Source of the DNA: an uncultured Lachnospiraceae bacterium
Lineage (GTDB): Bacteria; Bacillota; Clostridia; Lachnospirales; Lachnospiraceae
DNA length: 64,000 nucleotides
Reading direction: 5' to 3'
Assembly: GCA_910589265.1 (NCBI GenBank)
Contig: CAJUTQ010000074.1
Coordinates: 14,353 to 78,352 of the forward strand
Of the stretch, positions 55,883-64,000 are shown piece by piece. The translations under genes were made by a program, and so were the position numbers. How positions within the stretch are numbered: position 1 is the first letter of the stretch; each line of letters opens with the position of its first letter. A model generated the notes under the pieces. It did no database searches and was not told the DNA's origin. It worked only from the letters and a program-made list of their open reading frames with translations.

Positions 55883-57061
55883 TTATCCTTTCAAATAACC
55901 TCTTATTTCATCTATAACAAAACAAGATAGTCTTTCATTCATATAGGGATGAATAGGCAAAGATAATACCGTTTTACATAAATTTTCTGTTACCGATAAA
56001 TCATTCCCTAAAAAGGGATATGGTTGAAAAGCTTTTTGTACATGCATCGGTTTAGAATAATAAATCATACTAGGAATACCTTTACTCTGCAAATAAGATT
56101 TCAATCCATTGCGCTGCTCTTCACTGTCTAATTGAATTGTATATTGTGCCCAACTTGAGCTAACATTTGCTTTTAAATTAGGAACATTTACAATATCTTT
56201 CAAACCTTCTGTATACTTTTTTGCCCACAGGTTAATATCTTTCAATTCATATTCTATAAATGCATTTAATTTTACTTGAAGAATAGCCGCCTGAATGGTG
56301 TCTAATCTGGAGTTCACCCCAATTTTAACATTATCGTATTTATCTTTACCTTTTCCATGTATTCTTAAAGAGCTTAAAAGCTCTGCTGTTTGATCGTCGT
56401 TTGTAAATATAGCTCCTCCATCTCCATAGCACCCCAAAGGTTTTGCAGGAAAAAAACTAGTTGTGGATATGTCACCAAAGGAGCAAGCTTTTTGCTCTCC
56501 GATAGCTCCCCCAAATCCTTGGGCGCCATCCTCCAAAACTTTTAACCCATATTTATTTGCTATCCTTCTTATTCCATAAAAATCTGCTGGCTGTCCAAAA
56601 AGATCCACAGCAATAATTACTTTAGGAATGTACTCGTTCTCTTCTATTACCCTTTGAATGGCTATTTCTAGTTTTTCTACATCTATATTATACGTATCCT
56701 TATCTACATCTACAAAAACTGGTGTCGCCCCTTCATAAGATACTACCTCTCCACTCGAAAAAAAAGTAAAATCAGGAACAAATACTACATCTCTAGGTCC
56801 AATATCCCAAGCCATTAAGGCTAAACTTAAAGCGTCCGTCCCATTAGCGCAGGTAATGCAATGCTTTTGTCCTACATATTTTGCTAAAGACTGTTCTAAT
56901 TCCTCAACCTCCTTTCCCATAATAAAATTTGTATTATTAAGAATCTCTTGAATTTTTTGATCCATTTCTTTCTTTAACTTTTGATACTGTGTTTTTAAAT
57001 CTCTAAATTCCATATAAGTTACCATACCTTTCCTATCGCTTACAAAATTCGGAGGATTCAT
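55883..57061 (-). CDS. WbpE/WlbC-like DegT-family PLP aminotransferase (UDP-2-acetamido-2-deoxy-3-oxo-glucuronate aminotransferase type)
   Basis: [43 protein letters not shown] and [14 protein letters not shown] are near-identical blocks to remembered P. aeruginosa WbpE. The real start is probably Met17 (57013). Confidence 0.85.
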   Translation of the reverse strand: MNPPNFVSDRKGMVTYMEFRDLKTQYQKLKKEMDQKIQEILNNTNFIMGKEVEELEQSLAKYVGQKHCITCANGTDALSLALMAWDIGPRDVVFVPDFTFFSSGEVVSYEGATPVFVDVDKDTYNIDVEKLEIAIQRVIEENEYIPKVIIAVDLFGQPADFYGIRRIANKYGLKVLEDGAQGFGGAIGEQKACSFGDISTTSFFPAKPLGCYGDGGAIFTNDDQTAELLSSLRIHGKGKDKYDNVKIGVNSRLDTIQAAILQVKLNAFIEYELKDINLWAKKYTEGLKDIVNVPNLKANVSSSWAQYTIQLDSEEQRNGLKSYLQSKGIPSMIYYSKPMHVQKAFQPYPFLGNDLSVTENLCKTVLSLPIHPYMNERLSCFVIDEIRGYLKG

Positions 57062-57089
57062 ACAAGCAACCCTTTAAACATATATTACA

Positions 57090-58991
57090 TTATTTTAACA
57101 TATTTCTATACCTTTGTGCCTGATCATGAAAAATAGTCTGCCACATTTCCAAGCAAAAAAATCCCCAGAGATTTCTTGCAAAAGTATTCTCTGTATCAAT
57201 TTTTTTCAGTACAACTTTATTATTGATAAATCTTCTGTCTTTTGCTTTTTGAGAAGATAACATATCAAGTATAAAATCTCTTGCCTCTTTTTTTGCCCAT
57301 CTTGCAAAGGGAGTTGGAAAACCCATCTTATCTTTTCTATCCATTACCTTTGAAGGAACATACTTACTCATGGCTTCTCTTAATAAATATTTCATCCTTC
57401 CATCTTTAAATTTAATATCAGCTGGTATAGTTGCTGCAAATTCCACTAACTTTTTGTCTAAAAAAGGAACTCTTGATTCAATCCCATGTGCCATGCTCAT
57501 TCGATCTTCTACTTGCAATAAAGCTGGAAGAAGTGTTTTAAAGTCAAAATGAGTCATTCGATCTAAATAAGCGTCCTTGTCCACATTCTCTGCAATAAAT
57601 AGTCGTTTGTAAGAGGTATATGGGTCATAATCCCCAAGCTCTTCTTTATAAATACAATCTTCCATCTCAGGGGCGCGATTAATAAGGCGATAATATCGTG
57701 TATTAGATGGTTCAAATAGCCCTTGTCTCCAAAAGCTTTTTATCATTGGTTTATAATTTTTTAAACTAATGAGATTAGGAATAATCGACTCATACGTAAC
57801 TACAAACTTCCCTGAATTCATTGTACCATCTAAAGCGCCTTTAATACACTGTTCAAAATAAGCCACCAAATATCTTGCATATCCCCCAAATATTTCATCT
57901 CCTCCCTGCCCTCCTAATACCACTTTTCGATGCTCACTGGCCAATTTAGAAACCATGTATTGAGAAAAGGAACCTGGGCCTGCAATAGGAGTATCTAAAT
58001 GATAAATTACTTTTCCTATATTTTCTATGAAATCATGAGCTGTTATATCAATTTGGTAAAGCTTGAACTGTTTTTCATCTGCAACTGCTTGAGCATATAA
58101 GCTTTCATCATACTCAGGACTAATGCTAAACTTTCCTGTAAATCCTTCAAAATTACCATGAAGTAAATCTGATGCTAATGCTGAAGTAATAGAAGAATCC
58201 ACTCCTCCGCTAACATATCCGCCAACAGGGACGTCACTTCGTATATGATATTTAATGGAATCATGAAAACACTGCTCTAATCTTTCCTGAAAATATTTCT
58301 CTGTATGGTAGCTATCTGCACGGTAATATACCTGCCAGTACCGTTCCTTTTTTATTTCTCCATTTTGAATTACAATAGAATATGCGGGACGCAATTCATA
58401 AATATTTTGGAATAAGGTCCTTCCATCAAGGCAAAATTGAAATACGATATAATCACTAAAGGCTTTTCTATCTGTCTCTATAGATTTTAAAAAGGGGAGT
58501 AGGGCCTTAGCCTCAGAGGAAAAATAAAAGGTATCTCCCTCTGAATAATAATAAAATGGTTTTATTCCAAAGGGATCTCTTGCACAAAAAAGTTTTTGTT
58601 CTTTTTCATCCCACAGTGCAAAAGCAAACATTCCACAAAAATGGTTTACACAGTCTTCTCCCCATTTCCTATAAGCATGAAGAACTACTTCCGTATCACT
58701 ATTTGTCTTACAAACCAATCCCAACTCTTTATTTAATTCTCTATAATTATAAATCTCCCCATTAAAGCAGACCCAATTTCCCTCTTCATCCCTCATTGGC
58801 TGCTTCCCATTATCTAAATCAATAATACTTAAACGTCTATGGGCAAAACCAACAATATTATTTTCGTGAATCCAAATTCCTTCCCCATCTGGTCCTCTAT
58901 GAGCCTGAATCTCATTCATTACCTGCAATTTTCTTTCTAGATTATTCACTTTATTTCTTTTATAATTGTATATTCCTGCAATTGAACACAT
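57090..58991 (-). CDS. Asparagine synthase (glutamine-hydrolysing)-like amidotransferase, copy 2
   Basis: MCSIAGIY, HRRLSIIDL and the PP-loop YVSGGVDSSITSA. Confidence 0.85.
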   Translation of the reverse strand: MCSIAGIYNYKRNKVNNLERKLQVMNEIQAHRGPDGEGIWIHENNIVGFAHRRLSIIDLDNGKQPMRDEEGNWVCFNGEIYNYRELNKELGLVCKTNSDTEVVLHAYRKWGEDCVNHFCGMFAFALWDEKEQKLFCARDPFGIKPFYYYSEGDTFYFSSEAKALLPFLKSIETDRKAFSDYIVFQFCLDGRTLFQNIYELRPAYSIVIQNGEIKKERYWQVYYRADSYHTEKYFQERLEQCFHDSIKYHIRSDVPVGGYVSGGVDSSITSALASDLLHGNFEGFTGKFSISPEYDESLYAQAVADEKQFKLYQIDITAHDFIENIGKVIYHLDTPIAGPGSFSQYMVSKLASEHRKVVLGGQGGDEIFGGYARYLVAYFEQCIKGALDGTMNSGKFVVTYESIIPNLISLKNYKPMIKSFWRQGLFEPSNTRYYRLINRAPEMEDCIYKEELGDYDPYTSYKRLFIAENVDKDAYLDRMTHFDFKTLLPALLQVEDRMSMAHGIESRVPFLDKKLVEFAATIPADIKFKDGRMKYLLREAMSKYVPSKVMDRKDKMGFPTPFARWAKKEARDFILDMLSSQKAKDRRFINNKVVLKKIDTENTFARNLWGFFCLEMWQTIFHDQAQRYRNMLK

Positions 58992-60079
58992 TATGAAACC
59001 TCACTTAAAATTTGGCAAATTATTTTCGCCGAATTACCATTCCCATATACCTTAGGTCTTTTTTGTCCCATGGACTTCACATGAACTTTTTCAAGTATAT
59101 CTTTCTTATCTGCTTTTGAAAGTATATTAAAATTATCAATCAATGTCTCTACCCACTCTGTCTGATCTCGAATCGTTACTGTATCTGTTTCTAACAAGTA
59201 AGCTTCCTTTTGTAATCCTCCAGAATCTGTAATTACTTTCAAAGCATTTCTCGTAAAATACAACATATCAAGATAGCCAATTGGCTCAGTAAAAATGATA
59301 TTTTTATACTCTTTATCATTTATTAAATGTTTAATTAATGGTTTTGTTCTTGGATGCACTGGGAAAATTACTCCAGCTTCTAATTCTTCCAATGCATCTA
59401 ATATTTCTTTAAGCTTATACATATGATCTGTATTTTCCGCTCTATGGATTGTAGCTAAATACCAGTTAGGCAGTTTCTTAACCTCCTGTTTAAATATCCC
59501 ATAAAGGTGAGAGAAATAATATTCTGCAGAATGCTTTTCTATTTCTTTTGCATAAAACATAACTGCATCACACATTACATCTCCTATTTGGAAAACACCT
59601 TCTGTCAATCCTTCCTTTTTCAAATTCTCCACTGCTGTTTCTGTAGGACAGAATAATAAGGTAGATAAATGATCTGTCAGTATACGATTTTGTTCTTCAG
59701 GCATTACTTTATTATAAGATCGAAGCCCTGCCTCGACATGGACAACTGGTATTAAAATTTTTGAAGCTGCAAGAGCCCCTGCAATGGTTGAATTAGTATC
59801 TCCATAAACCATTAAATAATCTGGTTTTTCCTCCATTAAAACTTCCTCAATTTTCATCAACATGTTTCCAGTCTGTTTAGCATGACTGCCTGATCCAACT
59901 GCCAAGTTATAGTCTGGCTTTGGAATATGCAATTCGTTAAAAAAGATATCTGACATTGCTACATCATAATGCTGTCCTGTATGTATCAGAATCTCCTCAT
60001 GTTCCTTCCTTAACTCCCTGGATACTGCAGCAGCTTTAATAAACTGGGGCCGTGCTCCAATTACAGTAATAATTTTCAT
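58991..60079 (-). CDS. UDP-N-acetylglucosamine 2-epimerase family, non-hydrolysing (WecB/WbpI-like)
   Basis: MKIITVIGARPQFIKAA, HTGQHYD, YGDTNSTIAGALAA and HVEAGLRS. Confidence 0.9.
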   Translation of the reverse strand: MKIITVIGARPQFIKAAAVSRELRKEHEEILIHTGQHYDVAMSDIFFNELHIPKPDYNLAVGSGSHAKQTGNMLMKIEEVLMEEKPDYLMVYGDTNSTIAGALAASKILIPVVHVEAGLRSYNKVMPEEQNRILTDHLSTLLFCPTETAVENLKKEGLTEGVFQIGDVMCDAVMFYAKEIEKHSAEYYFSHLYGIFKQEVKKLPNWYLATIHRAENTDHMYKLKEILDALEELEAGVIFPVHPRTKPLIKHLINDKEYKNIIFTEPIGYLDMLYFTRNALKVITDSGGLQKEAYLLETDTVTIRDQTEWVETLIDNFNILSKADKKDILEKVHVKSMGQKRPKVYGNGNSAKIICQILSEVS

Positions 60080-60092
60080 TGCATGCCTCCTT

Positions 60093-61220
60093 TTAGTTTA
60101 TATTATTTGTCCTTTTATTCTCTAAGTATTCCTTCATATTGCTATCTACAAACTGAACAAGCCACCTATAGTTTAATTCATATTTGTCCATAATGTCACA
60201 ATACGTCCTTTCTGACATGTCCTCCAAATAATCATTATCCATTATTTTCTGAAAAACATATTCAATATTGCTAAAATCTTTTTTTAACATAATGTAATGC
60301 CTATCTGGCTCTAATATTCCTGAATAATTGCCTTCATATAATATCAAAACTGTTTTTAAAGAAATAGCCTCAAATATTTTAGGGGAAATTTGATTCATTT
60401 TAATGGATCCCTCATAATTTTTTAATATTTTTTCATATAACTCTTCATAAGACATATTTGGATGTGTAGACATTAGAGAAATTACTTTTTTTCTTATTTT
60501 CCCCTTATCATCAAAGATATTTGCTCCACTTTCTGTTCCTAAGGTGCACTTACAATTTGCCAGCCATTTTAGCCACTCTTCGTTATAAATACGCTTCTCC
60601 TCTTTCCACTCAATATCACAATTTTCTATTTCTCTTTTCCTACACTCCTCTTTCATTTTTATACCTATATTCAGCTTTTCATATGCCAGCGTTCCGTACC
60701 ATCTTCCCAACGTCCTTCCCCGATATCCAATTAAAATATTCCTATTCTTTATTTTTGGAACTTGTTTCTTATATTCCTTCATCTCATCTGATATATATCC
60801 CGTTAATATATTGTAAAAAGAAACATTAGGAAATCGTCTCTTAGAATAAACAGATGAAATATATTTTTCAGGAACTACTGTATAAACCATTTGAATTCCT
60901 AATTTTTCTATCGCTTTTCTTGTTACCTCTGTATAATCGTAATCATCTTGAATAAACAATACCTTTAATCCTTTAAATTTTTTTAGTGCCTTTTCATATG
61001 ATTTTGAAAGGTGTCTTTTTACACATACTCGAATAGAATAAAATATAATAATTGCATCAAACTTCTCCAACTCTTTGGTGCCACAATTTCTATTTTCAGT
61101 AGCAGGAGTATAAATAATTTCATTGATAGAATATTTTTGAAACATTTCCATATAATTTTTTATAGTAAAAACATGGTTAGATTTTTCATCATATAATATA
61201 TTAACCTTAAACATTCCCAT
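60093..61220 (-). CDS. Hypothetical protein (375 aa), possibly GT-B/CgeB-like
   Basis: Clean ORF in the operon with no TM segments and no secure motif. The weak resemblance is pattern-level only. Confidence 0.5.
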   Translation of the reverse strand: MGMFKVNILYDEKSNHVFTIKNYMEMFQKYSINEIIYTPATENRNCGTKELEKFDAIIIFYSIRVCVKRHLSKSYEKALKKFKGLKVLFIQDDYDYTEVTRKAIEKLGIQMVYTVVPEKYISSVYSKRRFPNVSFYNILTGYISDEMKEYKKQVPKIKNRNILIGYRGRTLGRWYGTLAYEKLNIGIKMKEECRKREIENCDIEWKEEKRIYNEEWLKWLANCKCTLGTESGANIFDDKGKIRKKVISLMSTHPNMSYEELYEKILKNYEGSIKMNQISPKIFEAISLKTVLILYEGNYSGILEPDRHYIMLKKDFSNIEYVFQKIMDNDYLEDMSERTYCDIMDKYELNYRWLVQFVDSNMKEYLENKRTNNIN

Positions 61221-61252
61221 TTGCCTATCTTTCTTTTTTCATTTACCTACTG

Positions 61253-62293
61253 TTAAGGATTTTCCTTTCTAATTATTATTGAATCAATATTTGCTCCGCT
61301 TCCAACCTCTGGTTTATCAACCCTTATACGAACTTTACATTCTGGTTGGCTTGGAACAAACTTTATGAGTATCTTTCCATCAAAATCATTTATTTTCTCT
61401 CCTTTATAAGATGCTGGAATTTCAAACTCTTTTCCATCTAATATTCCTGCATTTTCACTCTCTACATAAAATTTAGCTGGTCCAACGTTCCCTGAAGAAA
61501 ATACTTGATATTCTATAATATACAAACTACCTGAATCACAATTTGAAAACGTCCATTCCGTTTGTATATTAATATCATCATTGGGATAGCTTAAACCATA
61601 ATCTAAAAAAGAAGAAATGCCCAATTCCATACCATCTACTCTTACATCCTCGCTATTTTCATCTTTCTTTCCAATCTCTAGTTGGCGAAACTTTTCCAAA
61701 TCAATTTGAGGGTAAACGAAAACCTCTGCCTCCTTCTCCTTCTTCCCATAAGATTTAAAGTTCTTCAAACTTTCTACAAAATAGTGTTCTTCCATACGCC
61801 TTTTATTTTCTACTGCTTCCCCTGAAGAATATCTATCTAATGATTTGTCCCACACAACCATTCCCTCTAAGGCAGCCTCTAGACTTTCTATTATCTCCTC
61901 AAAAGAAAGTATAACGCCATCCTTTTGAAAATATCCCGCCATTGTAACATCTATAAAATGCCACTTTTCATCCCAGTAGGCTTCTATACAAGCATGCCCC
62001 CCTGACGATACACTAGGAAAATCATACAAATTCATTTGATATACATCTACATTGATATACTCTAACAATTTCACAGCAATTTGAGCTCTTGCACCACATA
62101 ATCCCTTTCTCCCTCCAAGCCACCCATATATATCATTATATACAGACATGGAGGAATCATAATCATTTTCCCTGTTTGAAATATTCTCTGAAATCCACTT
62201 ACAAATAGCTAATACCTTCTCCTCCTCTGACATTTCTTCTGTACAAATCGTACTTGTTAAATTTGCAGCCCAAAAATTATGTACTGTATTCAC
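61253..62293 (-). CDS. Transglutaminase-like cysteine-protease-fold protein with a C-terminal beta-sandwich domain (catalytic part of a split gene)
   Basis: Cys/His/Asp triad context GLCGARAQ, GGHACIEAYWDEKWHFIDVT. By eye it shows high identity, roughly two-thirds, to 62571-63833. It starts at a GTG overlapping the upstream stop (GTGA). Confidence 0.7.
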   Translation of the reverse strand: MNTVHNFWAANLTSTICTEEMSEEEKVLAICKWISENISNRENDYDSSMSVYNDIYGWLGGRKGLCGARAQIAVKLLEYINVDVYQMNLYDFPSVSSGGHACIEAYWDEKWHFIDVTMAGYFQKDGVILSFEEIIESLEAALEGMVVWDKSLDRYSSGEAVENKRRMEEHYFVESLKNFKSYGKKEKEAEVFVYPQIDLEKFRQLEIGKKDENSEDVRVDGMELGISSFLDYGLSYPNDDINIQTEWTFSNCDSGSLYIIEYQVFSSGNVGPAKFYVESENAGILDGKEFEIPASYKGEKINDFDGKILIKFVPSQPECKVRIRVDKPEVGSGANIDSIIIRKENP

Positions 62294-62550
62294 TTTTTTT
62301 CTAATCTTTCCATTTGATTAGCCATATTATTTAATGTTGATTGAATACTATGAAAGTCAACCCCTTGTACATTATATTCTTCTATCTCATCAATTACCTT
62401 TTCCTTTGATTGATTTATAACATTAATACTATTTATATATATGTTAAATAATTGAAGTATTAATATACAGCCTAATACCCCCCCCCTCCGCATACAATGA
62501 GCTGTAATAATTTTTTTCCTCATTTTGTCCTTACACCTTTCCCAACTCAT
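62290..62550 (-). CDS. TM-anchor plus coiled segment equivalent to the N-terminus of the downstream transglutaminase-like protein (split-gene fragment)
   Basis: 86 aa: RRGGVLGCILILQLFNIYI (TM) then ...NMANQMERLEKK. It is collinear with residues ~20-100 of the 426-aa paralog and ends inside an A7 run. Confidence 0.55.
   Translation of the reverse strand: MSWERCKDKMRKKIITAHCMRRGGVLGCILILQLFNIYINSINVINQSKEKVIDEIEEYNVQGVDFHSIQSTLNNMANQMERLEKK
62294..62300 (-). repeat. A7 homopolymer at the junction of the split transglutaminase-like gene
   Basis: Minus strand GAAAAAAAGTGAAT. One extra A would read ...RLEKKVNTVHNF in frame, collinear with the paralog sequence RVESKINSTNSF. Confidence 0.8.
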
Positions 62551-62570
62551 GTCTTAAATATATCTGTCTT

Positions 62571-63833
62571 TTACTGTACCTTTCCTTTCTCTAGTATAAT
62601 AGAATCAATATCTGCCCCACATCCAACTTCTGTGTTATCAAATCTTATACGAATTACACAATGGGATTGTTCTGGAATAAACTTAATGACAATTTCACCA
62701 TTAAAATTATCTATTATTTCTCCTTTGTAAGATGTAGGAATTTCAAATTCTTTTCCCTCTGTTACCTCTGCATTTTCACTTTCCACATAAAATTTAGCTG
62801 GTCCAATATTTCCTGAACTATAAATATTATACTTTATATAATAAGGGACATCTTTTTCACAATTGACAAAAGCCCATTCAGTCTGTATATTAACATCCGT
62901 GCTTGGTTGACTTAAGCCATATGGTAAGTACTGGGACATATTGAATTTCATACCATCTGTTCTCACATCTTCACTGCTTCCATCTATCTCCCCGATTTTA
63001 ATGATGCTGTTTTCCCCCATATCAACTTTAGGATAAACAAAAACAACTGTTTTTTTATCTTTTTTTCCATAAGAACGAAAGCCTTGTAAATTTTCTATTG
63101 TATAATATTTTTTCATTAAGCTATCATAAAGACTATCTACTTCTAATGTACCTTTGTCTAATTTTGGTTCCCATATCTTCATCCCCTCTATGGCTACTTG
63201 GGGATCTCTTAAAATCTCATCAAAAGATAATATCTCTCCCTGAGATGTAAAATATCCCGCCCAAGTTACATCTATATAATGCCATTTATCATCCCAATAG
63301 GCCTCTATACAACTATGACCTAATGAGGCATCAGGAAAATCGTATAAATTAATTTGGTACGCATCAACATTAATATATTTCAACATTTCAGTTGCAATTT
63401 GAGCCCTTGCACCACATAGGCCACTTCTACTGGCAAGCCATCCGTAAGCATCATTATATACGGATGCCAATTTATCCCATTCATATTCTCTATTTGATAT
63501 GTTTTCTGATACCCATTGACATATTGCAAGAACTTTTTGCTCTTCATTCATTTCTCCATCACAAATAGAGGATACTAAATTTGCTGTTAAAAAACTATTT
63601 GTACTATTAATCTTACTTTCAACTCTTTGTATATAAGAATACATTGTATCGATTTTTGTACTAATATTATCTAGTTTTTCATTTTCCAATTGACTAATAG
63701 CACTATTAGAATCTTTGTAAACATCTTTATATAAATTAATAATCAAAAGCATACTTATACATGCAAAAATACCCCCACCCACCCATCTCAGCCATTTACC
63801 TAATTCTCTCTTTTCCACACCATGCTCCTTCAT
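62571..63833 (-). CDS. Membrane-anchored transglutaminase-like protein with a C-terminal beta-sandwich domain (intact paralog)
   Basis: TM segment WLRWVGGGIFACISMLLIINLY, and triad context GLCGARAQ, GHSCIEAYWDDKWHYIDVT. Start set at the ATG after AAGGAG; the ORF track GTG at 63851 adds 6 aa. Confidence 0.75.
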   Translation of the reverse strand: MKEHGVEKRELGKWLRWVGGGIFACISMLLIINLYKDVYKDSNSAISQLENEKLDNISTKIDTMYSYIQRVESKINSTNSFLTANLVSSICDGEMNEEQKVLAICQWVSENISNREYEWDKLASVYNDAYGWLASRSGLCGARAQIATEMLKYINVDAYQINLYDFPDASLGHSCIEAYWDDKWHYIDVTWAGYFTSQGEILSFDEILRDPQVAIEGMKIWEPKLDKGTLEVDSLYDSLMKKYYTIENLQGFRSYGKKDKKTVVFVYPKVDMGENSIIKIGEIDGSSEDVRTDGMKFNMSQYLPYGLSQPSTDVNIQTEWAFVNCEKDVPYYIKYNIYSSGNIGPAKFYVESENAEVTEGKEFEIPTSYKGEIIDNFNGEIVIKFIPEQSHCVIRIRFDNTEVGCGADIDSIILEKGKVQ

Positions 63834-64000
63834 GCAATCTCCTTTTCTCACTTAACATAAATTCTCTTTATAAACTCTTGTGTTCATGTCAACCCTTTAT
63901 TTTACGATATAATACTATCAAATATTTTTTTACTCCTTTGTATAGTAAAGTCCTCTTAATTGGCTTTAAAAATTTGCTTTCCATTAAACAGTACCAAAGA

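Noticed and set aside
1-64000. CRISPR arrays, tRNA/rRNA genes, toxin-antitoxin or recognisable phage-defence cassettes
   Set aside because: I found no direct-repeat/spacer periodicity, no cloverleaf-like GC-rich 75-nt islands and no nuclease/helicase/ATPase defence-type ORFs. Every large ORF is accounted for by glycan metabolism or mobile-element remnants.

Overview
Low-GC, Firmicutes/Clostridia-type chromosomal segment. 47 of 48 credible genes lie on the minus strand, many with 1-20 nt start/stop overlaps, so these are long operons. The window holds two cell-envelope glycan loci separated by a patch of decayed mobile DNA. Locus 1 (1-30.1 kb) is an ABC-transporter-type, rhamnose/mannose-linked glycan locus. 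It contains a ManC::ManA fusion and a WbaP-type priming transferase behind a near-consensus promoter with a GC-rich structured leader. It also has an unknown 143-aa protein, an orphan Spo0A effector-domain protein, and rmlB/rmlA/rmlC (no rmlD) interrupted by a membrane-anchored GH25 muramidase. Export and chain control are covered by Wzm/Wzt (the ATPase has an extra C-terminal domain) and a WbdD-like methyltransferase plus kinase-like protein. The rest of locus 1 is three paralogous multidomain GT2 enzymes, a phosphohexomutase, a GtrA/GT2/GT-C decoration trio, an anchored SASA-type esterase, a GT2 plus flippase-like pair, and a kinase/HAD/nucleotidyltransferase trio. The only plus-strand gene is TagB/TagF-like. 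The middle (32.6-40.2 kb) holds a flavoprotein, an AT-rich 611-aa polytopic membrane protein, a GGDEF-like remnant and a nested wreck. The wreck is a class-C-like group II intron sitting 8 nt after an intrinsic terminator. It is interrupted by a second group II intron inside its RT active-site codons and by a 1.27-kb tyrosine-recombinase element bounded by TTATGC-type half-sites, including a 28-bp dif-like site. All ORFs in the wreck are pseudogenes. Locus 2 (40.3-64 kb) encodes a UDP-HexNAc 6-dehydrogenase and WbpE/WbpD/WbpI-like enzymes (the WbpB step is absent from the window). It also has three glutamine amidotransferases: two AsnB-like and one GATase-II::WbpG-like fusion. The remaining genes are a pyruvyl transferase with an FrhB-like partner, two methyltransferases, CE4-like and DUF354-like proteins, and tandem transglutaminase-like surface paralogs, one split at an A7 tract. 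No rRNA, tRNA or CRISPR array was seen. All family assignments come from motif recognition by eye and from memory of reference sequences. None has been database-verified.
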